Shown here one piece after another: positions 33,221-45,125 of a stretch of DNA of 64,000 nt. The stretch lies in NCBI RefSeq assembly GCF_009914755.1, contig NC_060931.1; one strand, given 5' to 3'. The stretch's first letter is position 1; the number at the start of each line of letters is the position of its first letter. This stretch comes from the human T2T-CHM13v2.0 reference genome, Homo sapiens. The notes beneath the pieces were generated by a model. That model was not told the origin of the DNA, ran no database searches, and was given only the letters and a program-made list of their open reading frames with translations. The position numbers and the translations under genes are program-made.

Positions 33221-34664
33221 GTCATTATAAAAAAGGGAATGTGTATTAATGTAAAAATGATTTTTAGATTTTTGTTATTGAATAAAAATGACAGTCCAAG
33301 AAGATGCACCATGCTTATCCTGTGGCTTTATGTACTTCCTGGTACAGCACTGGATCTGTCATGAATACACATATTGTGCTCATGGGCTTTTCAAAACCTA
33401 TATGTAACAGTATGAAGTTGAAATGGCTTAGCCCACAGCTAATGAAAATTATTAAGGATCTGATGAAGGTTTTAAAAGTTTTAGAGAGACTTATCTAGTA
33501 GAAGGGTGGATTAGAGGGGGAAAAAGTGAGATAAGGGAGATCAAGTAGGAAACTATTGCATTACTTCAGCCAAAACGGCAAAGTCCTTTGCTAATATTAT
33601 TTCTTGGAAATTTGAAAAAGTCTTCCACAGAACAATTTGGGTACCAAGAAAAGACTCACAGATTGTATTGTTGGCTATAGGCAGACGTTTCACCATTGGG
33701 GCTGTGAAATATTCCCTTTTTCTTCCATCTTGAAGAGGAATGCTCACAGGAATTCCTGACAAAGACAAATGGAAATACGTGAACATCTCTGAAAAGCTAA
33801 AAATGTGACTCCCTTTCCACTGGTATTTGAAAATAGATGTTTAATATTTATTTAGTGGTGGCAGTGAGAAACAAATTTTCTTTTAATAAATATCGTACAG
33901 TTCCATTTAAATTTAAAATAAGTAATTTATTATATGCATTGAACATGGAATAGCATTTTAAATATTTGAATTGTCATCAGATTGCAATTTTTCAAAGCAG
34001 ATAACATCTTAAGGGGCAGAATAAAGATACTTAAATTAGTAAATACCATAATGCCATGCAATATTCAGGTTCAAATTTTGAGCTAACTATAATTATCAAG
34101 GAACTGGCCTCAGGGTTTGGGGAGTACACTATAGTTGTATAGTGTAACCTGCAAGAAGAGTCACAAAAGTACTCCTTAAAGATACATTGGCACCAGTGAG
34201 AGTGATTTTTCCCCTGTTTGTTCACTTAAAGGTGATAACTTTCTTAGGAGTAAAACTGTCCACTATGGAAATCTGAATTAATTGGCAGCATTTTTAAATT
34301 ATTTCTCTAATGTTTAAGAGCATGTCTTAAAATGGCTACTGGATTGCATCACATCTCCAACTGTCCCAACTTTGAGCACCCTTTTGGTCCATTGTGTTGG
34401 GGCAAAGAGTCCAGTGTGAAAAGAAGTTAAAGCACTTCTGCCTATAACGTCTTTCTTATTAGTGTCTTTTAAATTTTTTTGTCTGTTTGTTTTTGTATGT
34501 TTTGGCTTGTTCTTAGGTTCTTTCCCTGCCCTTGTAGGTCACTCCAATGGAAGGATAACAGAGAGCTGGAGTACAGTCTACAGAAAGGGAAGCATCATAA
34601 AAAATACTTAAACTAGACTTCAGTTCTTCCCAGAGGCTCCTCCTGGCTCTCCCATCATGGAATC

Positions 34665-34851
34665 CACTGGTTCTCAAACTTTAGTGTGCATCAGAATCAC
34701 TCGGAGGGATTGTTAAAATACTGATTTCTGAGCTTCTTTCCCAGAGTTTCTGATTCAGTAAGTCTGATGTGGAGCTGGAGCTTCTGTGTTTTTAACAAGT
34801 TCCCAGGTGATACTGATGTTGCTGGTAAGGGACCACACTTTGAGAACCAAT
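34665..34851. mobile_element. MER5A (hAT-Charlie)
   Basis: TIRs tggttctcaaa...tttgagaacca; gcatcagaatcac; taacaagttcccaggtgatactgatg. Confidence 0.9.
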
Positions 34852-35196
34852 AATTAACCAACTCATTAGAATTAGATTTCCACAGAGAAATTTTGAGTCG
34901 AAATACAAAATATTTGTAAGTTTTTGTTTTGTTTCATTTTTCCTGCCCTTCTCCTTTGTAATTCTCCTTTTCTAATAAACCTGCAGTGGTGGTAGGATGC
35001 TGGTTGAAGAATCATGTAAGAGTTCTAGACACTGCTTTATATCTTTGAGCCTTGGAGACATGAGCAACGTTAGGCAACGTAGGTTTTTTGACTCCCCTCA
35101 TAATAATAATAACTATTATTATACAGTATATGTAACATAATACATAATTATTATCATCACTCCTTAACTTCTAAGACGCAACATTTGCAGTTCATC

Positions 35197-35493
35197 ATTT
35201 TTATTTATTTATTTATTTATTTTTGAGACAGAGTCTTGCTCTGTCGCCCAGGCTAGAGTGCAGTAGCTCACTGCAACTTCCGCCTCCCAGGTTTAAGCAA
35301 TTCTTGTACCTCAGCCTCCTGAGTAACTGGGGCTACGGGCATGCACTACCACACCAGGCTAATTTTGTATTTTCAGTAGAGATGGGTTTTGCCATGTTGC
35401 TCAGGCTGGTCTTAAACTCCTGGCCTCAAGTGATCCTCCCGCCTCAGCCTCCCAAAGTGTTGGGATTACAGGCATGAGGCACGACACCTAGCC
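35197..35493 (-). mobile_element. Alu (Jb/early S) with (TTTA)n tail and about 11-bp internal deletion
   Basis: gagtgcagt|agctcactgc lacks ggcgcgatctc; ctcctggcctcaagtgatcctcccgcc. Confidence 0.92.
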
Positions 35494-36279
35494 ATATTGA
35501 TTTGTTTATTGTTTACTTCTGTGAGTGTTAAGAAGTTGGAATCAGTGATTCCCTTAAGCTCTGTAGAGGAAGAATTCAGTGAACACGGACAAACCTTACA
35601 TTCTGCCTTGTACAGCAAGAACATCATCAAGATACATTCAGAACAACTTTTGTGCAATTTATACAGGAATAGCTGTCATCATCAGATAAGTATCTAAATG
35701 AAAAACAGGAGTTTAATGATATTAACATATTAAAAAGTATAGAGAAAATGAGAAATGAGTCCAAGAAAAATAACTTTAGTCCACAACTGTACACAATATA
35801 AACTGGGTGGGGGGAGCCTATTTAGAGAAAGCACATAGATTTGATTAATCAGCTTTAGAAGGCAAATAAGTATGTAAAAATAGAAAACTCTGGAAGATTA
35901 AAAAATGTAGAGATTTTAAGAAAAATATAGGAGAAGTTAAGCAAAAGAAAAAGTCCTTTGCAAACAACATCACTACAAAAGGATGATTTTTTGAAGATTA
36001 AGACTCAACCCAATCCTGAGTTAGTATCAGTGCAGTATCAATCCAATCCTGACATTTACGTCCCACACAAATTATGACTTGAATTATAATCTTGAAGTAC
36101 TATGAGATGCTCATTTATAAAAGAAGGATGAGATTACCTTTATTATATTTTACTAAGCTTAAGTGAATATTAAACTTAGAAAATCATTCTACATACTTTC
36201 AGAGCGATTTACAATAACCAGAATTGAACCAAAAGAATATTCTGCTTAACCCATAATTAATCAGACAGGAAGGACATAG

Positions 36280-36515
36280 AAAGTAGTTCAGAGAGAAGTT
36301 ACTGAACTCAGACTTCCTGGATGCTTATACACTACACACTTACTTACAGTTTAATCTAAGACTCAACTTACACATCTCTGAAGTGGAGCTAACAAGTTAG
36401 CACCAACTTCAAAATTTTGTTGGAAGATTTAAATTAGATAATTTTTGTGAAATTCTTATGCTGTGGGCACATGGTGAGAGGTCAATAAATATCAGCTGTT
36501 CTATTGTTACTAGTA
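36280..36515 (+). mobile_element. MIR SINE
   Basis: catctctgaagtggag...gaagatttaaattagataat...ggcacatggtgagaggtcaataaatatcagctgtt. Confidence 0.65.
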
Positions 36516-36544
36516 GTAAGTGTCATATTATTGTGGTTAATAAG

Positions 36545-36670
36545 TGTCTTAGATTTCTATTGCTGCAGTAGCAAATTACCACAAATTTGGTGGCTTTAAA
36601 TAACACAGATTTATTGTTTGTTATCTGCTTGTCTCTTCCACTTATAAAGACTCCTGTGATTTCATTTTAG
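36545..36670 (-). mobile_element. MLT1D-type MaLR LTR, left piece
   Basis: ttctattgctgcagtagcaaattaccacaaatttggtggcttt...cacagatttatt. Confidence 0.75.
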
Positions 36671-36693
36671 GCTCTATCTTACCAAGTAGAAAA

Positions 36694-37437
36694 ATTCCAC
36701 ACAGCATTGCCTCTGACCAAGGCACTCACTTTACAGCCAAAGAAGTGTGGCAGTGGGCTCATGCTCATGGAATTCACTGGTCTTACCGTGTTTCCCAACA
36801 ACCTGAAGCAGCTGGATTGATAGAACTATGGAACTGCCTTTTGAAGTCACAATTACAACACCAACTAGGTGACAATACTTTGGAGGGCTGTGGTAGAGTT
36901 CTCCAGAAGGCTGTGGATGCTCTGAATCAGCGTCCAATATATGGTACTTTTTCTCCCATAGCCAGGATTCATAGGTCCAGGAACCAACGGATGGAAGTGG
37001 AAGTGGCACCAGTGACCATCATCCCCAGTGACCTACTAGCAAAATTTTTGCTTTCTGTTCTCATGACATTATGTTCTGCTGGCCTAGAGGTCTCAGTTCC
37101 AGAAGGAGGAATGCTGCCACCAGGAGACACAACAATGATTCCATTAAGCTGGAAGTTAACATTGCCACCTGGCCACTTCGGGCTCCTCCTACCTCTAAGT
37201 CAACAGGCTAAGAAGGGAGTTACAGTGTTGGCTGGGGTGATTGACCTGGACTATCAAGATGAAATCAGTCTACTACTCCACAATGGAGGTAAAGAAGAGT
37301 ACGTGTGGAATACTGGAGATCCCTTAGGGTGTCTCTTAGTATTACCATGTCCTGTGATTAAGGTCAATGGGAAACTACAACAACCCAATCCAGGTAGAAC
37401 TACAAATGGCCCAGACCCTTCAACAAGGAAGATTTGA
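36694..37437 (+). pseudogene. Stop-free HERV-L pol remnant: integrase core/C-terminus fused to dUTPase-like domain
   Basis: SDQG and GLIE (second D and E of DDE); GVIDLDYQDEI is dUTPase motif III-like; 5'-truncated with no native start. Confidence 0.85.
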
Positions 37438-37884
37438 GTCACTCCACCAGGTAAAACCACGACCAGCTGAGGTGCTTGCTGAAGGCAAAGAGAATACAGA
37501 ATGGGTAGTAGTGGAAGGTATTAATCAATACCAGCTACAACCACGTGACCAGTTGCAGAAACAAGGACTATAATTGTCTCGAGCATTTTCTCCTTATTTT
37601 ATTAAGAATATGTTTGTGCCTGTATACACTTGCATAAGAAAATATCTTCCTTTTCTTTTCTCTTTCCTTTATCATGTGACATAAGATTTATTGACTTCAT
37701 ATCAGCATTTAAGTGTTGTTAACTTTATGTTATAGCATTTAGGTTAAGGATTAGCGAGCTTCCAGTTGTACGAAGGATAGCTGTATTATGTTAGGTGTAA
37801 TTATGACCTTATTATTGTCTTTATTTGGAGATTAAGTATGATTTCAAGAGATGTATATGGGTTCAAGTTGACAAGGGATGGACT
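36694..37884 (+). mobile_element. HERV-L internal 3' part (integrase C-half, dUTPase, 3' region, PPT)
   Basis: IPHSIASDQGTHFTAKEVWQWAHAHGIHW; purine tract gacaagggatggact just before the LTR. Confidence 0.93.
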
Positions 37885-38406
37885 TGTAATGGTTAATAGT
37901 AAGTGTCAACTTGACTGGAATGAACAGTGCAAAGTACTGTTTCTGGGTACATCTGTGAGGGTGCTTCCAGAAGAGATTAATATTTGAGTCAGTGGACTGG
38001 GAGAGGAAGACCCACCCACACCATCCAATCAGCTGCCAGCGTGGCTACAAAAAGCAGGAGGAAGAAGGTGGAATAAGCTAGCTTGCTGAGTCTTCTGGCT
38101 TTCATCTTTCTCCCATGCTGGATGCTTCCTGCCCTTGAACATCAGACTCTAGGTTCTTCGGCCTTTTGACCCTTAGACTTACACCAGTGGGCTGCCAGGA
38201 GTTCTTGGGCCTTTGGCCACAGACTGAAGGCTGCACTGTCAGCTTCCCTACTTTTGAGGCTTTGGGACTTGGATTGAGCCACCAGTGACTTCCTTGCTCT
38301 TCAGCTTGCAGAAGGTTTATCGTGAGATTTCACCTTGTGATCATGTGAGTCAATTCTCCTTAATAACTCCCTTTCATATATACATCTATCCTATTAGTTC
38401 TTCCCT
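37885..38406 (+). mobile_element. MLT2A (A2-like) 3' LTR of HERV-L, last ~20 nt absent
   Basis: tgtaatggttaat...gtgtcaacttga; tgagtcagtggactgggagaggaagaccc; ends atcctattagttcttccct. Confidence 0.9.
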
Positions 38407-38620
38407 AGTCTTATCCTCCTCTGACTCTCTTCTGCCTGCCTCTTCTACTGTAAAAGACACTTGTCATTTCACTGGGCCTACCCTGATAATCTAAAATAAT
38501 CACCGCATCCTACATCTTAATCACATCTGCAAAGTTCCTTTCGCCTGTAAGATAACATATTCTCAGGTTCCAGGAATTAGGGTGTGGAGATAATTAGAGG
38601 CCATTATTCCACCTACTGCA
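38407..38620 (-). mobile_element. MLT1D-type MaLR LTR, right piece
   Basis: cttaatcacatctgcaaag...aacatattctcaggttccaggaattagg...ggccattattccacctactgca. Confidence 0.85.
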
Positions 38621-39150
38621 ATAAGTTACTCAGTACATCCCAATAATCTAGTATTCTAGTTGAGGTTTCATCAAAATTTACAGAGAAGCAATACAGTTAT
38701 CTAAGCTACTTACATTTCAAATTTAGCCACAACAGATTACTCTAGCCCTCTCTTTCAAAAAAAAAAAAAAAAATCTACTGTAGGGCATTAATAACTTTCA
38801 GTAAACACCTACACAGCCCCAACTTAATTACAATCTTTCTACTTATATTTTATTATATGTGGATTTGTGTTTTTTTAATTAAAAAATAATGTATTCTGTC
38901 AAAAATGCAAATTAAGTCATAAATACCAACATTGATTTTACAAGAAATTACTAAATATCTTTCCTTTGATTACAAACCTCAATAAAGATATTCTGGCTTT
39001 AGAAATATTAATTCACTAATCCCATTCAGTCTGGATTTACTGAAAGGAAAACAAAAGTATTTCAAAGGGCTTGCCACTGTGATGGACATTTCATTTAGCA
39101 AGTAGAGAAAGAAACAGATTTTTATGCTTCATGTTGTTCCTATTTATACA

Positions 39151-40633
39151 TTCTTTTTCTTCTATTCTAACTTTTATTTTGGGTTCAGAAGTACATGTGC
39201 AGGTTTGTTATATAGGTAAATTGCATGTTGCAGCGGTTTGGTGCACAGATTATCTTGTCACCCAGTTATCAGCATAGTACCCAATATACTGTTTTCTGAT
39301 CCTCACCCTCTTCCCATCTTCCACCCTCAAGTAGGCCCCGATGTCTGTTGTTCTTTTCTTTGAGTCCATGTGTATTCCGTGTTTAGCTCCCACTTATAAA
39401 TGAGGGCATGTGATATTTGGTTTCTGTTCCTGTGTTAGTTTGCTTAAGACAATTGCCTCCACCTCCATCCATGTTGCAGCAAAGAACATGATCTCATCCT
39501 TTTGTTGTTGTTATTGTTGCTTTAAAACTTTTTTTTAATTTTATTATTATTACACTTTAAGTTTTAGGGTACATGTGCACAATGTGCAGGTTTGCTACAT
39601 ATGTATACTAGTTCAACCATTGTGGAAGTCAGTGTGGCGATTCTTCAGGGATCTAGAACTAGAAATACCATTTGACCCAGCCATCCCATTACTGGGTATA
39701 TACCCAAAGGATTATAAATCATGCTGCTATAAGACACATGTGTACGTATGTTTCTTGTGGCACTACTCACAATAGCAAAGACTTGGAACCAACCCAAATG
39801 TCCAACAATGATAGACTGGATTAAGAAAATGTGGCACATATACACCATGGAATACTATGCAGCCATAAAAAATGATGAGTTCATGTCCTTTGTAGGGACA
39901 TGGCTGAAACTGGAAACCATCATTCTCAGCAAACTATCGCAAGGACAAAAAAACAAACACCACATGTTCTCACTCACAGGTGGGCATTGAACAATGAGAA
40001 CACATGGACACAGGAAGGGGAAGATCTCATCCTTTTTATGACTGCATAGTATTCCATGTGTATGTGCACCACATTTTCCTTATCCAGTCTAACAATGATG
40101 GGCATTTAGGTTAATTCCATGTCTTTGCTATTGTGAATTCTGATGTGATGAACATACATGTACGTGTGTCTTTATGGTAGAACAATTTCTATTCCTTTGG
40201 GTATATACCCAATAATGAGATGGCTGGATAGAATGGCAATTTTGTTTTAAGTTCTTTGAGAAATTGTCAAACTTCTTTCCACAACAGCTGAACTAATTTA
40301 CATTCCTATCAACAGTCTATAAACATTTCCTTTTCTCTGCAACCTTGTCAGCATCTGTTATTTTTGACTTTCTAATAATGGCCATTCTGACTGGTATGAG
40401 ATGGTACCTCATAGTGGTTTTGATTTGCATTTCTCTAATGATTAGTGATGTTGAGCATTTTTTCACATGCTTATTGGCCATATGTATGCTTTCTTTTGAA
40501 AAGTGTCTCTTCATGTCCTTTGCCCACTTTTCAATGTGGTTGTTTTTTTGTTTGTAAATTTTCTTAAGTTCCTTATAGATTCCAGATATTAGACCTTTGT
40601 CTATAAGATGCATAATTTGCAAATATTTTCCAG
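39151..40633 (-). mobile_element. L1PA15/16-like 3' fragment, interrupted at 39504-40022
   Basis: Antisense 3' UTR (ccaccctcaagtaggcccc) and ORF2 C-terminus ([30 protein letters not shown]). Confidence 0.9.
39504..40022 (-). mobile_element. Younger L1PA (PA3-5-like) 5'-inverted insertion nested in older L1
   Basis: TSD gatctcatcctttt at 39490-39503 and 40023-40036; minus piece 39504-39608; plus piece 39609-40022. Confidence 0.93.
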
Positions 40634-42588
40634 CATTCTTTTATTAAACAGTGAAATGTATCTATAAGATATGGCAAAACCACCAAGTAGTAAAACTTGT
40701 ATGAATTAATCAAGCATTATATAAAAACAAAAAAACCTATTCAAAGATGATCAGGCACCATTACACTAAAACTTAAAATTGGTTCTGTAACCTGATTATA
40801 CAAATATATTCTTCTAATTAGGGTAGATTGATGAAACCCAGGTATTTAGAATGAGTACTCAGAAAAAAAATGGTTCAATTAATCAACTCACAACCGCTTC
40901 CATAGTTCTTTGTACTGTTGATTCTTCTTTATGTGAAAAATTACTCATGAACAACTCATATAAAAGAAAAGTGGCATCCATAAATATGATAGCAGAATAT
41001 ATATGGCAAAAAATATTCAGCAATTTACTCAAAGGAAAGCTGTTTTATTACTACTTATTTTATAATAATGTTCTTGGTACTGGACAAAAACAAAACAGAA
41101 AAGCATGATCATTTTGCTCTTGACAAACACTTATTTTTGTATCTAATATTCACAAAAAAGATGAGTATTTGAAATTATGTATAATTAAATGATAATCCAT
41201 AATCACTCACCATTAAGTAAAACATATGTTAATTAGAGAGTCTAAACTAATTGCAGGCTGTCAGATACATATGAGTAATACAAATTTCTTATTTTCATAA
41301 TAGTGTATAATTATGTATTTCACAATAGACTAATGGAATTTCAGGAGCCATCACATTGTATGGTGCCTACTTGTTAAACAACACGATGAATAATTTAGAA
41401 AGAACTGTTTCCTCCTTTATGCTATCAAAAATGAATTAAAGCCAAATAAAATTCAGGTCCAGAAACCATAGTCACCTTATATCAGTAATCTAAAGAAAAA
41501 AGAAAGATCAGGGTGATTCTTTGTCAGGATGATTTTTATTTTTTAGTAAACGTGTAGTGTTCAAGGACTGAATATTGGTATGAAGCACATCCCTATTGGA
41601 GCCTATCCAATAGGGTTTATTGGTTGAAGTACCAAATATACTGACAAAATAATAAATTCATCAATTTTAGTAGTAATTGTCCAAAACACATTGAAAATCA
41701 ATTATTGGTTTCTTCCTTACACCATATTTTGCTTCTGAACAGAATTAATGCAAATGAGAAGGGCAATAATGTGGAGGAACAAAAATAATATTGTCACACT
41801 TCTATCATAGGTATCTTTGGCATGGGCTTTTTTAGCCTTATATCAGATTCCAAAAGACATTACACTCCAAAGGCCATAGACATTCTCAGCTCAGTGGGCC
41901 ACGAGATGGAACACTGAATGTGACAAGCTCAGTCCACAGAGTCAGTACTCACACAAGCCAGGGTTCTACTGATGACCCAGAAATCCAAGTTACTTTATAA
42001 AAACCACAACAGCAACATTGGGTTTTCCATACCCTTGTCATTTTAGTCCTATAATACCATAATAACACAATAAAACTCAGGCAGTACCCACATTATAAAT
42101 TAAGATCTTACCTTTAGCCATAATAGCAGAAGTTAGAGGCCATCATTCTTTTATCAACATTTATTTAGCACCTACTAAGTTTCAGCACTGGGATGATATA
42201 CTTTCATTTACTATTTAATCTTATCACATGTTATTTCATTTAGCCTTTAAAGGGGAAAGTCTAAGTTATTTTGCAAGTTAAACATACCAACATTTCTATT
42301 TTACAAGGGAAAGTTCAAGTATTTATGTAATTTTTGATTCTTTAATTATTCTAATAATCCCTCCTCATCTCTGGTTTTTATTTTGCCTAGATAAAAATGG
42401 TCTATGTTTCACCTAAATTCTCTTAGAGGCAATCATATTTTGTTACTAGTGATACTTGTATTGGTTTTAATTGCTAAGTATTAAAATTATCTTTTTTAAG
42501 AATAAAAAGTCAAACATAAAAATAAGAAATCAATCCCTTTGGTCTCGACACATTAGTTCTAATTATTAAGTCTGTGAAAATACATCAG

Positions 42589-42911
<323 letters not shown>

Positions 42912-44367
42912 AGCAGTTCTTTAATGTAATAACAAATAGAAAATATTTGATATTTTCTGACATGCGAGAGGGAAAGAAAATAGGAAAGTGTGTAATAGGG
43001 TATTTTTTTTTTTCAGCCAATCTCAGCATTAGTTAACTTCCTGGAAAGAAAAAGTAGGCAGAAATAGGGGAGCTATTTAATGATAATTAGATGACAAGCT
43101 GGGATTCTCAGCTTCTAAAATAAACGAGCCCTTTCTCCAAACCATCTGGGAGCAACCAAATTGTCCTTGGTGTTCCTACTACCACAGAGACTTGTCACTT
43201 CAAAACAGAGGGGAAGGGCCTGAAAACACATACATGAAAATAGCTCACTGGACTGAGAAATCGTGCTGCAGCCTTGTTGACAGGTCTGAGAATTACAGTT
43301 AGGTCATTAACAAGGACTTCAAACTGCAGGGGAAGGATCAGCTGTCATCGTGGCTCCCCCTGTAGGGCAATGGCACTCATTAGAATGAGGTGATTGCATT
43401 TCTACTGGGCCTTGACAGGCTGTCCTCAGATACCAACCTAAGACTCCCTCTCTTGTTCATCATTATCAGCAAAAGTATCTGATAGTTTTCCCTCCTTGAG
43501 CAGATGTGTAAACTAACAGGAGAATACGGCCTGTCAAAATGACAATGTGCATTGATTCCTCTTATCTTGATGTCTTTGGGAGGACAGCTTATCTCAAATT
43601 TACAAAAGAAGGAACTCCGTATCAGTGTTTCTTCTCAGTAAATGACAAGGGCAGGCCTGGTGTATAACTAATTGCCTGTTTCCAAAGCAACATTTAAAAT
43701 GTAATACAAAGCATTCACCCACTATAAACTGATGAGAGACTACATTTGCTTTTCAATAAATAAAGGCACATTATTTAGAAGGGATTAAAAATACTGTTGC
43801 TATTGCAAAAGTATAAAAATATGCATAATTTAAGTGAAATTACAGGATTATAAAATAACTTTAAGATAAATACTAACCTATAAGTTGGTAAAATTATATA
43901 TTTACCCAATTAAATATATTTGTGGGCTACAAATAATACTAAGATGTATGTTAGCCATGAGGGAAATTTTTTTCTAGACATATATTGGGATTGCTTTAGG
44001 ATACAGCTCTTAGAAATTCATAACATTTTATTCCTGTACTCTTTACTTTTTCTCTATTTTTATTTCTGAATGCATAAAGGTTGGGACAGTATCATATTTT
44101 GTATCAAATGTTGAAAGCTCCCTATTATTTTATAATGTAGGTATTTAATAAGAGTGATTGACCAATGAACAAGAGAAAAAGACAAAATTCAACTCACTGC
44201 CTACCACCACCTTCCAGCCATCCCTCCTATACCTATTCTAGAATATAGTGTGAACCTGAAAATTGGAAGGGGAAAGTCGTACACCTGAAAGAAAAAAATA
44301 AAAGTAAGTATTATTTATAACTAAGTCCATATTCCCCAAAATGAGCAGCTAAAAATAATACCCTGAG

Positions 44368-44743
44368 TTCTTTTTCTTTCTTTCTTTTTTAACTTTTATT
44401 TTAAGTTCAAGGGTACATGTGCATGTTTGTTACATAAGTAAACTTGTGTCATGAAGGTTTGTTATGCAGATGATCTCGTCACCCAGGTACTAAGCCTAGT
44501 ACCCATTAGTTTTTTTTATTGATCCTCTCCATCCTCCCACCCTCCATCCTCCAACAGGCCCCAGTGTGTGATTTTCCCTTCTATGTGTCCATGTGTTCCC
44601 ATCATTTAGCTACCACTTATAAATGAGAACATATAGTATTTGGTTTTCTATGCCTGCATTAGTTTGCTAAGGATAATGGGCTCTAGCTCCATCCATGTCC
44701 CTACAAAGCACGTGATCTCGTTCTTTCTTATGGCTGCATAGTA
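44368..44743 (-). mobile_element. L1PA (PA10-13-like) 3' end
   Basis: ttttattttaagttcaagggtacatgtgc...aagcctagtacccattag...atggctgcatagta. Confidence 0.9.
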
Positions 44744-44884
44744 GGATGGACTGGGCTCACTCTTTCAGCCCTCCTGCATCTTTGAATCCAGTTCTTAAGC
44801 TTAGAGCCTAGAAGCAAATAGCTAGAGAGGAATCATCTATAATTATCTAGTTGTTATGTCTGGGGTATCACATGCATTCTGATC

Positions 44885-45125
44885 TTGAAGTTTGGATCCA
44901 TGTTGAAATCAATCTGAACTGTTTGACTCATAGTAATTACTAAGTATGTAACAATGAGCAATCTACAGTATTTAATTTCCCTGTATCTCAGTTTCCTCAC
45001 CTGTAATGTGGGGATAATGGTATCTATCTCCAGTGTTGCTAGGAAAATAAAATGAGATATTCCACATAAAGTTCTTAAAACAATGCCTGGTACATGGTTA
45101 GTTTTCAATAAATGACAGCTATCTT
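44885..45125 (+). mobile_element. MIR SINE
   Basis: ctcagtttcctcacctgtaatgtggggataat...cttaaaacaatgcctggtacatgg. Confidence 0.85.

Noticed and set aside
44198-44284. Minus-strand exon-like segment with a strong pyrimidine tract and GCA/gtgagt donor
   Set aside because: Stops in all frames; such sites are common by chance, though a non-coding exon cannot be excluded
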